Assembly: GCA_951406725.2 (NCBI GenBank)
Contig: OX597814.1
Location: 119,784,001 to 119,848,000 of the forward strand
Source of the DNA: Octopus vulgaris
Lineage: Eukaryota
DNA length: 64,000 nt
Direction of reading: 5' to 3'
Position 1 is the stretch's first letter, and every line of letters begins with the position of its first letter. The position numbers were made by a program, and so were the translations under genes. The notes beneath the pieces were generated by a model. The model was not told where the DNA came from and ran no database searches. It saw only the letters and a program-made list of their open reading frames with translations. Of the stretch, positions 24,152-37,445 are shown one piece after another.

Positions 24152-25020
24152 CTTTACAGGGCTTAATACAGAAACGCAACCCCGATATCTGAATTGACAT
24201 TTTCTGAAAATAATCCTTGTCATGCGTCGCATTGTCTCATCCCGCCTTTCCCACCGGGGCCTTTTTTCTTCCGAATTATTAATGACAGTTACTCGGTATG
24301 ATGATAGATATTAGGATGTCTACTTTCAATTATTTTTTGACAATTATATTCCTTGGAAAATATATTCTACATTTCACTGCCTTCAACGAGTAACACGTAA
24401 TATACAATCATCAGTGTATATGCGATATCTGTTTCATATCTCTCAGGCGTCATAAGACTTGAAAAGCATTTATCATATTCAGTATCCCCATAGTGTGGTT
24501 CCCAATATAAACTGGCAGGCCTGGATAACATCCTTCATCTTCTGTCATGACTTTTAATGCACCAGGATAATAATAGCAATTCTCACATAGCAATACACGC
24601 ACGCACACAGTGTGTACGTGTACATATATGCATATATGTGCGTATATACACATATGCATATAGATGCTCTCATGCATACACACATACATACACAAACATA
24701 TTAGTTTATTTGCTAACATGATGTGGTTGTCCTGACTACAAATATGTTGCCACGTTTTAACTCAAGGAAAACATTTTTCCAGCTGGTTTAGCGACACATG
24801 ATCTATGTCCGAGGCATGTTGTAAGCAAGATGGCTCATTGTTCTCTTCTAGCCGTTTTCAGTACCAGCAGAGCCGTGGATGCTGGGTTATTTCCCATCCT
24901 CGGTTCTGTACATCCGCTTGGCTAGAGACAGCAATCAGCCGACATTATTCCAAGTTTAAACATATAGACAATCATATATATATACACACACACACATATA
25001 TTACACTCACAGACATATAT

Positions 25021-25071
<51 letters not shown>

Positions 25072-25307
25072 TACACACACATATATACACACACACACAT
25101 ACACACACATACACACACATACACACACATACATACACACACATATATATATATATACACACACACACACGTGTGTGTGTGTATCTATATATTTCATTTC
25201 CTTATAATAATTAATAATACTATTATTTGTAGTTCGGTTATCTTTCTGCATACCATAGTCACTGCCATTGATATCGCCATTTCTGTTAGTATTGTTTGCA
25301 CAATATG

Positions 25308-25900
25308 TATAACCTCCACCTTAGCGAAGGGTGAGGTGTTGTTTTCCAGTCGTGTTTGTTTGCTTGTTCGTTTGTTCGTGGGTAAGATATCTCAAGAACC
25401 GCTGGATAGATTGAAATGAAACTTTCAGGGATGTTTGGCCTCTTGACTGGCACGAAATGGTTTAGATTTTGACATCGATCCGGGACCGGGCAAAAATTCT
25501 GGATTATTTGTTATATTTACTTCACATGATTAAGATCCTACGTTAGCTTTCAAGTCTTTCACAATAATCTCTATTTAGGCTGTAACTACTTTGAATGGTG
25601 AATTTGGTAACTTTGGCTTGTATTAGATGAGGATATCCTATATATTACTGTTACTAAATTTTCTACATCCACCTTCATTTCCCATGACTACCATTGGGAT
25701 CGATCAGGTACCGGACAAGGATTCTTGATAATTTTTTCCGGTTGTTTATTTAATTTCTGAGAGCAGTCAGTTTCAGTTTTAGGATTCTTATTTGTGAGAG
25801 CAATCGAGTTTATTTCAGATATTTTCATTTGAAAAATCATCATTGAGACAACGTGTGTTTTGCCTTCGCGGAGATTTTCGCTCTCTGAGTGCTCTTGAAT
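25308..25900 (+). mobile_element. Helentron-associated (DINE-1/HINE-like) non-autonomous element
   Basis: The 5' end ACCTCCACCTTAGCGAAGGGTGAGGT is followed by a (GTTT)n-like tract and GATATCTCAAGAACC..GATT..ATGAAACTTT. The 3' end has a subterminal CCTTCGCGGAG plus a short hairpin GCTCTCTGAGTGC. An internal ~35-bp segment is duplicated. Confidence 0.55.
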
Positions 25901-26254
25901 ATAATGTTTTTATTATTATTGAATTAGTGATATTGCTATTCATGTTAATGTTGGGGAACGTAGGTTTCTGTTCTTTTTATTTCAGTTAGACTTATGTATA
26001 TTTTTATTACTATTATTAGTACTGTTATTATTGTACGGTATATATTGGTTTAACTTTTATATCCCGCGTATTTTAAGGCAATATTGCACTGTTGCTTCTG
26101 CTTATTAAATGTGCCCTCTCTTGAATACTGAGATTATATATACACACATATATATATATACACACATATATATATATGCATACATATATACACACATATA
26201 TATATATGCATACATATATACACACATATATATATACACACATATATATACACA

Positions 26255-26295
<41 letters not shown>

Positions 26296-26537
26296 ACATA
26301 CATATATATACACATACATATATATACACATATATATATACATACATATACATACATATATATACACATATATATACATACATATATATACACACATATA
26401 TATACACATACATATATATACACATATATATATATACATACATATATATACACATATATATACATACATACATATATATACACATATATATACATACATA
26501 TATATACACATATATATACATACATATATATATACAC

Positions 26538-26588
<51 letters not shown>

Positions 26589-26613
26589 CACATATATATA
26601 CATATATATACAC

Positions 26614-26650
<37 letters not shown>

Positions 26651-26724
26651 CGCCTATAATACAAACATATATATTCATGAATTTGTATCTCGGCTTTCTT
26701 CTTTCTTAATATACACATACATTA

Positions 26725-26764
<40 letters not shown>

Positions 26765-27474
26765 CACACATACAAAAATGGGACAAGAACGCAACACATC
26801 CATGTAACGTGGAAACTGACATATTGCTCAAGAAAAATTACACTATATGAAGCCATTTTTTCCATAACCACTTCTGCTGCTGTTTCTCATGTAATTCACA
26901 TATACTCACTAATAGCTGTTTCGGAACCACCATATATGCCCCATGTGGGTTAATTTGATCAATTTCAATAGCATAGTTATTCTAGTCATCAATAACTATT
27001 GACACATATACATTCGAGCATCTTAGCGTGCTATTAAGCAATCTTCTTTTATATTTGGCTTCGATGAACAATGTCAAAAAAAAAAAAAATCCCCCAAATA
27101 ACCTGTTAGGTTGGCCTTATTTTGCTAACGTACATACATTAACTCAAATGTATGCCAAACACTGTGATTATTGGATTATATAAACATAAAACTACTTCAC
27201 CGACCTGCACTTTGTGTGTGTGATTACATACGTTCATTTAATACACTTTAGCCCTACATGCAGTGACGTACGAAACCACAGGTCTCCACAAGTATCTATG
27301 TACATCTGCATGGCACCCAATTAGCCAGGCATACGAAAATACTGATGTTGAAAGCAACATTCATGGCTCAATAAATTGAACATATATCAGCAGTTCGATA
27401 TCTTAAAAAGGATGGATATATTTACAATACACGGATAGTTATATTTAAAATTGAAGGATATATATATATATATA

Positions 27475-28620
27475 TTGGGTCATACCATAGGTAATTCTGT
27501 TTTTTATACTTTTATGTTTCAAAGTTAAATTTTTAAAAAATCTAAAATATACTCTCCATTTTCTACAATGCTCTTTCCATCTATCTGGTAGACTTTCAAG
27601 GCACCTCTTCCTAAATTCACTTGTCTATGACGAAAAACACTCTTCCAGTACTGTTCTGACCTCGTTTAAAAATTCACATTTTGTTCTGTCCAAATGACTT
27701 TGTAGACTGCGGAATAAATGATAATCAGATGGGGGCAATGTCTGAAGAATATGCTGGGTGGGGCATCGTTTTCCATTCGAACTGCTCAAGCCTTTGGAAT
27801 GTCATCCTCGCTGTATGTGGCCGACGATTAACCTTGTGGAAGAACACCTTTCGTCTTGAAACAAAAGATGGTCGTTTTTCTTTTAGGGCTGAATTAAGCC
27901 GCTCGAGCTGTTCGCAGCAGAGCTCGTTTTTTTTATCTTTTGGCTTGGGTGTAAAATGTCGAATTGGACGAAAACTTTCATATTCCACTAAATAGATAAC
28001 AATACCTTACATGAGTAAAGACCTTCTTTAGACTGGGGTGTCGATATTTGGGGTGCTTGACAGTTTTATAGAGAACAGCATTTCTCGTCAACAGTCACTC
28101 TTCAGTCCACAAAAGGTTCAGTCATAAGACGTGACAACAAAGGAGAGCACACATTGTCTGCGCGCGATTAGACTCGGTAAGTTTAAGAGGAAACCATTGA
28201 CCCAGCTTTCTGATTTTTCCGATTGTACGCAGATGTCGATGAATGGCTGAATGACCAGAAACAAGCTTCTCCACTAGTTCCTTACGATGGGATTTTGTTC
28301 CGTCATTGTTTGCAGAAGTTGCTCATCGAGCTCTACAGATTTTCAAGGACGAGGCTCAGAATTTCAGGAACCACTGTTGACACTGGCTTAAGCTTATTCT
28401 CCGATCCCCATATACTGCATTAATATTCCTCGCACATGTTGTTGCCTTTATTGAACTCATAAAGCAAAATATGCCAAATATAATTTATTTTCAGTATAGC
28501 TTTGAAAATATAATTGTTAAAATTGAACGGCACTTTTCAAACCTTCCACTAAGAATTAGAACAAGGTAAAGTTACTGCTTGCTTTTATTATAGCAAGTTG
28601 ACGCAGGTAGTTTATCTCCT
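27475..28620 (-). mobile_element. Decayed mariner transposon
   Basis: Minus-strand motifs LGQWFPLKL (WVPHEL), RVTVDEK (first D), FHKVNRRPHTA (HDNARPH) and PHPAYSSDIAP (YSPDLAP). Only the left terminus, next to (TA)n, is recognisable. Confidence 0.85.
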
Positions 28621-30479
28621 GTATATAATGTGCTGAACACGAAAGAAAGAGATAATATTTTGGTATTCGTACTAGTCTAATGAATAAAGTAACTAGTGTA
28701 CTGAAAAGAGAAGAGAGTATTAAAAGAAATCAAATACAAGAGTAAGAAAAAATACTTTTCTGTGAACACAGAAAATGGCTATTAGTTAAATGTAATATAT
28801 GAATTTGTGGATAAAATTTCAAAACTAAAACAAAATAAAAACTTAACCGCATCGTAAGATGAAACAGAATGTGAAAAAATATGAATATAGTAAATTCTAA
28901 CCAATATTACTTATAAGATAAAAAGTTTTTTAAAAAAATCATTTGATTTCAAATATTTCAAATTTCTAAAATATACGAGTATGTTTTTTTCTGAAAAGAA
29001 GAACGGCACCTACTAGCATTTTATTTTTATTTTTTTTATGAACATTGTTTAGATTTTTGTATTTTAAAGAACTTCAAGAAAACAAAAAGTAATAAGAAAG
29101 ATATTTTTGTTTTGAAATAAAATACAAACTGAAAGACATCATTTCCTGTTGGCAATATTAATTGCCAGAACTACTCCAGATATCATTAATTTCGATCACT
29201 GAATTAACAGCTGCCAAGAGAAAAAACGTAATTAGTTTCCAAGAAACAACTCAAATTCTACGAGACAAGCATAAACACACACACACTCGCAACACATAAG
29301 CTTCATTTGCCACATACATTTAATCACACATAAACATATATGTTTATATTCGTGTATATCTACACACATACGCGCACACAATACTAAAATCGTACTTAAG
29401 TTTTTATCATTCATCTCATACAAACAGCAGTATAGGTTTGATATCAAATCAAATTTTGAGACGAATAATTTAAGATGTGAAACGACCTACCATTGCATGT
29501 GATGTCATTGCTTATCGCATACATATGCCTAGACAATGCATTGCACTGCGTCTCTATCAAGTATTTTCCGTCTTCTGTGACTGATTTACACCACTATAAT
29601 TATTACTTTTTCATTCAAACCAAAAGACGTGCAAAGGAAAAGAAATTCCAACGCATATGGTATTTAAATTAACAAATTCATTTTCCTTAAACATATTAAG
29701 ACACTGTCAAAAAACTAACAGGAAGTTTAATGGCTGGGTACACAACGTTTATTATGAAAATCCAGGTTGTGATACTGACCGCCTGATTTTTTCTTTTTCT
29801 TTATTATGACTAAAAGTGGAATATTACTCATTATTTCTCAGCTTAGACTTTAAAAACAACAACAGTAGGGTTGAAAAATAATGTATACCACAATGCATTA
29901 TGTATAATGGAACGCCATGATAATTATAACCATTGAAAAGGAAGCACAAAGGGAGAGATTTTGTGATTATGTGTCCATGGAAGATGCGAGAAAAGTTTGT
30001 TCTAAGCTTTGAATATGAAGACTAAATGAGATATGTCCTGACGGTATCACTCTTCTGTAAACATTATCAGGAACATATATAAAAAATAGATTGGCAGCCC
30101 AACGTTGGCAATAATACTACTTGTCGCAATCGTTACGAAATGTCATTAAAATTATTCAGGAGAATTCTTGAAAACGTATGTAGGTATATTTTGCTTGGGC
30201 AGTTCAATTCCATAATGCTATAGCCGAAGCATAAAAGGATTCAGTATTTCTTGATTTTCGAAATAGATATGACACACGCGCGCAGATGAACAAGAGAACA
30301 TAACGTTAGCTCGTCGGGTATAGAGAAAACCCGGGAGGCAGAAAACAACAGTAAATGTGGCGCTCTATCATGGCTTTATTGGTGATGGATGAAACAATAC
30401 TTGAGAATCAGAAGATGTCTCGCATGTGCTGTAAATGATTCCAAAATATAACAGCCATTTGCTCCACAGACGTAGTGTA

Positions 30480-31363
30480 CGAGCGGGTACCCAAAAGTAA
30501 CCTGAAAAATCTTCTGTTGGACAAGTCCTTTCTAGTTCAGGTCTCCGCCGCTTGAAACCACTTGATGCGACCCTCAGGCATCATTCTGGCGACCGACGTT
30601 CTCGGCTGGTGTAGTACAGCCACGTTGTGTATATTTGTTTTATAGTGTTTCTCCCTTGTTCATCAATTTTTGAAATGACTGAAACGAAGGAACAGCGTGC
30701 TTCCGTGAAATTTTGGTTTCTGCTGGGAAAGACTGTTGCCAAAACAGTTGTTATGCTTCAAACAGCTTACAGAGATGCTTCTATGATAAAGACACAAGTT
30801 TACGAGCGATTTTTTTATGTTTTAGGAATGGTTACTTGTCGCTTAAGGTCAAACCTCATTCAGGATGACCGTCGACCTCCCGAATGAAAAACAAGAAAAT
30901 TCATGAACTGATTTTCGAGGATAGTCACCGAAAAATTGACGAACATGTTGATATGACTGGTGTGTCCCTGGACCTCCTGCCAACGAAGCTGGACAAGGAA
31001 TTGTGAATGAAAAGAGTTGCAGCAAAATGTGTGCCTCGCTCTTTCACCGAGGATCAAAATCTGTCAAGATTGAATGCGTGTCGTAAATTGAAAGAACAGT
31101 TGGATGTTGATCCGGACCTTTTTCCTAGGGTCATCACTGGTGACGGAAGCTGGTGCAACGGAATTTGCAGATGTGGAAGAGGTGAAGAAAAAAGGTATCC
31201 CTTTGCAATAATTCCAGGACTGCTTCGAACAGTGGAAAATGCGTCTAGACAGATGCGTTGCTTCAAATGAAGAATACTTTCAAGGCGATAAAAGTGTAAA
31301 CATGGAACACTAAGTAAACGAAATAATACTGCAAAATTCCGGTTTCTTTTGGGTACACCCTCG
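30480..31363 (+). mobile_element. Internally deleted mariner transposon with both TIRs and TA TSD
   Basis: TA-CGAGCGGGTACCCAAAAGTAACC ... GGTTTCTTTTGGGTACACCCTCG-TA. Peptides EQRASVKFWFLLGKT, AKCVPRSFT and RVITGDGSW. The catalytic core's middle is deleted. Confidence 0.9.
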
Positions 31364-31649
31364 TATAAATAACTTTACAATCATCGTTCCTTAAAGCGTG
31401 ACTAAAAATTTATAGATATATTCGATAGTACATTTTAGTAATGTAACAAAAAGTAGTTAATATAACAGCATTTTAACGGAAGATTAACTTCAGAAAAAGA
31501 CAAAAATTTAACGTAGATGGAATATGAAAAATATATTGTGAAGCATGTAGAAAACGATATGAGTTCACATGCCGTATTATAAGATTTTCTTACTATTCGG
31601 CAAACTAAGAGGCTGTGTCAGCAAATTGAAGAGGAATGAATAAAATTTT

Positions 31650-32735
31650 CTGGGGAAGGGGTCCAGTCGATCAGATCGACCCCAGTACGCAACTGGTATT
31701 TAATTTATCGACTCCGAAAGGATGAAAGGCAAAGTCAACCTCGGCGGAATTTGAACTCAGGACGTAAAGACATGAAATATCGCTAAGCATTTCACCCTGC
31801 GTGCTAACGTTTCTTATTTGTTTACTGCCCAAAAGGGGCTTCACACAAGGATGGGGGGGGGGGGCAAACAAGGACAGACAAACGGATTTAGTCGATTATA
31901 TCGACCCCAGTGCGAAACTAGTACTTATTTAATCGACCCCGAAAGGATAAAATGCAAAGTCGACCTCGGCGGAATTTGAACTCAGAACGTAACGGGAGAT
32001 GAAATACTGCTAAGCATTTCGCCCGGCATGCTCACGTTTCTTATTTCTTTATTGCTCACAAAGGATAAAACAGAGGGGACAAACAAGGACAGACAAACGG
32101 ATCAAGTCAATTATATAGACCCCAGTGCGTAACTGGTACTTAATTTATCGACCCCGAAAGGATGAAATGTAAATTTGACTTCGGCAGAATTTGAACTCAG
32201 AACGCAGTGGCAGGCGAAATACTTATTTCTTTACTACCCACAAGGGGCTAAACACAGAGAGAACAAACAAGGACAGACAAAGGGATTAAGTCGATTACAT
32301 CGACCTCAGTGCGTAACTGGTACTTATTTAATCGACCTCGAAATGATGAAAGGCAAAGTCGACCTCGGCGGAATTTAAACTCAGAATGGAATCTTTTCCT
32401 TTTGAACGGCACTTTTCAACACAACTTCTAGTTAACTAGACACTTTTAAACTTCGTATACTGGTAGAATGTGTTTATAAAACATCATAAGCCCGGCGTGC
32501 TAACGTTTCGGATTTGTTTACTGCCCAAAAGGGGCTGCACACAGAGGGGACAAACAAGGGCAGACAAAGGTATTAAGTCGATTATATCGATCCAGTGCGT
32601 AACTGGTACTTATTTAATCGACCCCGAGAGGATGAAAGTCGACCTCGGAGGAATTTGAACTCAGAACTTAACGGCAGACGAAATATCGCTGGGCGATTCG
32701 CCCGGCGTGCTAACGTTTCTGCCTACTCGCCGCCT
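31650..32735 (-). mobile_element. Tandem array (about 5 units) of SINE family B (Meta-domain-like)
   Basis: Repeated ATCGACCCCGAAAGGATGAAAGGCAAAGTCGACCTCGGCGGAATTTGAACTC, the reverse complement of a B-box GAGTTCAAAT plus GCCTTTCATCCTTTCGGGGTCGATAAA. Confidence 0.85.
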
Positions 32736-33419
32736 TGCAGCACGAATAATATTAAACATGAGCCGCTGTACTTGCGCAACGAAAAAAAGGAAATGACAAA
32801 ATGTAAATAAAATATCTTGCAGCTCAGAGTATTTTGCATAAAAAGAATGGGAATGACAAAAGCAGTAATGCCTTAAAAAGAAAGTCGGACGAGAACACGA
32901 TAATCTAAATACTAGGATAAATTTTAGCTTGTACAAAATAAGAATGTAGACAAAAGATTGATGTTTGTCTTGCATGAGCCACTTTTAAATGTTTTTTGCC
33001 TAGAAAAGGATATATAGATATATATTTCTGCAAAAAATTTGCATCTGCCTACAAAATGTTCAACTTCAATGTTCAGATTGGCGTCTGTAGTCATAGAAAC
33101 CAACCTGCAATCTGACAACAGATACTACAGTAGACGTAACTTTATACCTGCGGAAAGACTAAAACCTAAAAGCCAAAATCTCTATCTCTCGTAATTTGTG
33201 TGTGTGTGTAGTGTGTGTGTGTGTAGTGTGTGTGTGTGTGTGTGTGTAAAGCATCGATTAAATTGTAGTAACAAATAACAATATGTATACGGTATGTATT
33301 AAAGATATTTTGATGGAAAAATTCTCAGGCCAGAAAGCTAGTAGTGAATAATCAAAGTACACGATCAAAGTACAGCAGTGTATAATTCCTCCACCTCAAG
33401 TAAGTCCAAATTGAGATAA

Positions 33420-33860
33420 TTTAGAGATAGAGAGACGTAAAGGCAGGGAGAATTAGAGAGATATAGTGTGAGAGAGGAGAGGGGATAGAAAGAGAGAGAT
33501 AGGAGAGGGGATAGAAAGAGAGAGAGAGAGAAGAGGGATAGAAAGAGAGAGAGAGGAGAGGGGATAGAAAGAGAGAGAGATGAGATTGGAGAGAAAGAGA
33601 GAGAGGAGAAAGAAAGTGGGAGAGAGGAGAGAGAAAGTGGGAGAGAGGGGAGAGAAAGTGGGAGAGGGGAGAGAAAGAGGGAGAGAAAGAGAGAAGGATA
33701 CAGAAATACACACGCAAAGAACTACAGCGATAAACACACAAAATGAGAAAGACAGAGAGAGAAATAGAGTAGAAAATCAGAAAAGGAGACAGAAAGAGAG
33801 ATGTGGAGAATGAACAAGCAAGGAGAAAAGAAAGAGAAAAAGTGTAAGGAGGAGTGAGAT
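33420..33860. repeat. Polypurine (GA)-rich low-complexity tract
   Basis: Direct reading. Confidence 0.9.
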
Positions 33861-35536
33861 ACAGGCAGTCAGAAATATGATCTAATTCTAAAAGTTTAGC
33901 AAGAAAGTTATAACTTTCGTGGCAAAATATTACATTCACTTTTGTGAGCATCTCGATACGAGGAAATTTTATTAATTACGTAAAAACAATTTAGAAGCCA
34001 GATATTCCAAAGCATATCCTTGGATATTTTCAAAGCAATAAAAACGAAATATTTGTACGCGTTTATTTATAAGATCATGAGTAACCGCATCGTGTGCCTG
34101 TCTGCTTTAGCAAAAACGAGGGCAATGCTGTGCTATTTCATCGGCTTATAGTGGCATATCAGTCCTTTCATGTACCTGTACAAAGATAATACCACATAGC
34201 ATACGATGTATATTTTGTATTACAAATAGGCTATGAATATGCATGCATTGCACGATGTATAGTTTCTATAGAACACCGTTTCCTAATAAAGGTACAAAAG
34301 AGTGAAATTTATGTTTATCTGAGCAGTATGATACTATAACCCAATAAAGAGCAGAATTGCGAAGGTAATGTAGACTTGCAAGCACAATATTAAATTGTGA
34401 TACCTTTTTAAGTTAACAGAAAGAGGACACATTATTTTAGATTTCATACCACCATTTATTAATTTGCTTCAACAAACAACTTGATATTTTTCTCTGAATC
34501 ATTCTTTCATGTATTGTGAAGTTAGACATAAAAGTATGTTATTGCATTCTGTGGAAGGTAACCAAATATGAGGAATGTATAGAGCATCAACGAACTATTA
34601 GATATCGTTCATTTTGTCGAACTCACTTAAATCTTAGTGTGAGTCAGCTGCTCTTGGCTAACTCACATTGAAGCTATAGAAGTAAGGTACAGCAACAATG
34701 TTGAATCTAAATAAGTAATCAAGTAGACAAACTTTTCGCCTTGCTATGAATGGGAGATGGCCAGCAGAAATCTTACAACTTTAGATTTAAACAGACTGAT
34801 TTTGAAGGTTTCAGTTCGCGTGTTCTTCGAGACTAAATAGGATAAAGTCAGCTATTTCATTCATATAATATGTTCCTTTTCGTGGATACAGAATTGTTAT
34901 GTCTTTAAAGTAGAATAATTTTGAAGTTTCTTCAATAAAATTTGAATGGAGGCATGGGAAAATACCACAACTACAATTGTTCGGTTTCAAGTAATTTTAC
35001 ACTTTATTACAAAGAATGTGCTTGGATGCTAAATCCACCGCCCAGTTAACAAAAATGCCTCCCTGCTGAGAAATCACTGAAACTACTGTTTTTAATTCAG
35101 CTTCCAATATCACACTAAAACTCACCAGATATTCTTTTATATGCCCCAAATTCATTTCAGCCGCGGCGGTTTAAAAATTATTCGTATTTCATATCAAAAG
35201 TATTTACACTATTGTTCCTATATAGAAAGTATTCCAGGTCCCTACACTGATATCAATTCTACACTTTTAAAAATTGGTAAATTGGTTTATTTGTAAAATA
35301 TGTCTCAACCCCTTACAACTATTAACCGAATGATTTAGTGCATGTTGATAGTTAGCCAATGTTTCTACTGCCATCACAATAGCAGCACACCTATAGGATA
35401 GTAAATTCATTAAAATAGCCTATCTTGCGATATGCATCGCCAGAAACTTACATTTTCTTTGCGGATATGCATTCAACAAATTCTCGGCGCTAAACATTTC
35501 AATTATTTTCTGTCTAGAACGACACATAATATACTA

Positions 35537-35712
35537 GGGAGAGTTTACGAAAAAAAAACCCAAAAGACAGATGGTGTACAAAACAAACAGATGTATTAGT
35601 ATAACGCTCTTTTATGTTTCGAGCCGACGCTCTTCTACAGAAAGGGACACAGAAAAAAACAAGGAAGAAACAAGGAGAGACAAAAAATGTGTGTAGTGGC
35701 TAACGATCTACT
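35537..35712 (-). mobile_element. Short dispersed repeat (probable PLE pLTR) with hammerhead-like hairpin; second copy at 43965-44105 in opposite orientation
   Basis: Minus strand reads CTTT-CTGTAGA-A-GAGC-gtcg-GCTC-GAAA-CA-TA-AAAG (35609-35645). The 43965 copy shares the flanks but has lost the hairpin. Confidence 0.5.
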
Positions 35713-36803
35713 TGTATTAGAAATGTGGGTCATGAACATTGTGTCCACACTACCAAACTTAAATGCACGGCAAATGTTATGTCTGCTTTTTTCTTAGTTC
35801 TAACACTTAAATAAAACGAAACTCAGTGCTGGCCTTACTAAAGATTATTTAGTTTGCAAACAGATATTCTCCATATACATCTTTTATTCTCGGTATATTT
35901 TCTCGTACGTAGATCGAATCATTCGCTTTTTACTTTTTACCTTCGAGCTCATATAAGCGGAGATATGCTATTATCCAAATATTGTTTCACAATACACAAT
36001 CTCTTTACTAGCCAACTCATTCAATCTTTCTCATCAGAAATATTTCGCAATGTAGTAATGACTGCAACATTCTATTTCTGCCTGCGTTTCTCAATATCAT
36101 AGTTGTTTTGTTTTGTTTAATTTTTTTTTCACGTGGTTTAATCAGATCGATACCTAAGTTCAAGGTAGCTATCTAATGAAATCGACTTTGCTTTGCGAAC
36201 GAAATAAACAATAAATTTCAATGTAAAAGAAAAGAAAGCAATTTGGTGCTTTTTTGTTTACATCTTTTACCCTTTGCTCCAATTTATTTTCAATTCAGTT
36301 TCTGGTTGAGATCGATATGCATCCACTTTGCCGAATTTATTTTTAACATTATTTGTTGTTTTTACCGAATCTAAACAATTGGTTTCTCTTAATAGTTTCT
36401 CTGCAGGAACTGTCTGCAATAGCATGTTATAAAAGAGTGGTGAATCAAGAAAACATAGCTAGACCCAACTACAATATATGTGTAATATGAAGGCGATGGC
36501 ATGCAACAATAACAATAGTAAATCTAACAATGATACTAAGACAAATATAAAAACAATAATAGTAATTATGATGTTCCTAACGATAGTGATGATAATAATA
36601 ATCAGGATGAAAACTCACTGTGACGATAAAAAAAATACCCATAATAGTGCTGAGTACATATTTGCCTTTAGCGCCAATGAACAAGAAACAAAACACGCAG
36701 CCATTAAATGAAGAAATCAATTACGAACAAAGGAAACACAAATCTGCAAATCCAAGTGTTACAGGAAGAATATTTACTTACTTAGGAAATGCTAGAAAGA
36801 GCA

Positions 36804-36862
<59 letters not shown>

Positions 36863-37013
36863 TACATACAAGTGTGTGTGTGTTACAATATGATGAGAGA
36901 AAGTAATTAATAAATTACAAGTTTTACGTTAATTACATTGATATTAGAGGCGAAAATGCCAGCTCTCGTAGAGTATTTATACAAACAAATCATCAGTTCC
37001 CTTGCTTCATATA

Positions 37014-37073
<60 letters not shown>

Positions 37074-37077
<4 letters not shown>

Positions 37078-37222
37078 TGTGTAGTAAGTAACTTGCTTAC
37101 CAACCACATGGTTCCAGGTTCAGGCCTACTGCGTGGCAACTTGGGCAAGTGTCTTCTATAGCCTCGGACTGACCAAAGCCTTGTGGGTGGATTTGGTAAA
37201 CGGAAACTGAAAGAAGCCCGTC

Positions 37223-37257
<35 letters not shown>

Positions 37258-37445
37258 AGTGTCTGCGTCTCCCCAACATCGCTTGACAACTGATGGTGGT
37301 GTTTACGTCCCTGTAACTTAGCGGTTCGGCAAAAGAGACCGATAGAATAAGTACTAGGCTTATAAAGAATAAGTCCTGGGATCGATTAGCCCGACTAAAG
37401 GCGGTGCTCCAGCATGGCCACAGTCAAATGACTGAAACAAGTAAA
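37074..37445 (+). mobile_element. SINE family A, near full length
   Basis: Same head, core and tail as 21113 and 48486, with an internal (TA)n tract. Confidence 0.88.

Noticed and set aside
26910-26930. Minus-strand CCGAAACAGCTA resembling a hammerhead 3' half
   Set aside because: No matching CUGANGA core or stem I partner was found.
31650-32735. Regularly repeated units superficially like a CRISPR array
   Set aside because: The units are ~180-200-bp SINE copies with no unique spacers. The context is eukaryotic and has no cas genes.
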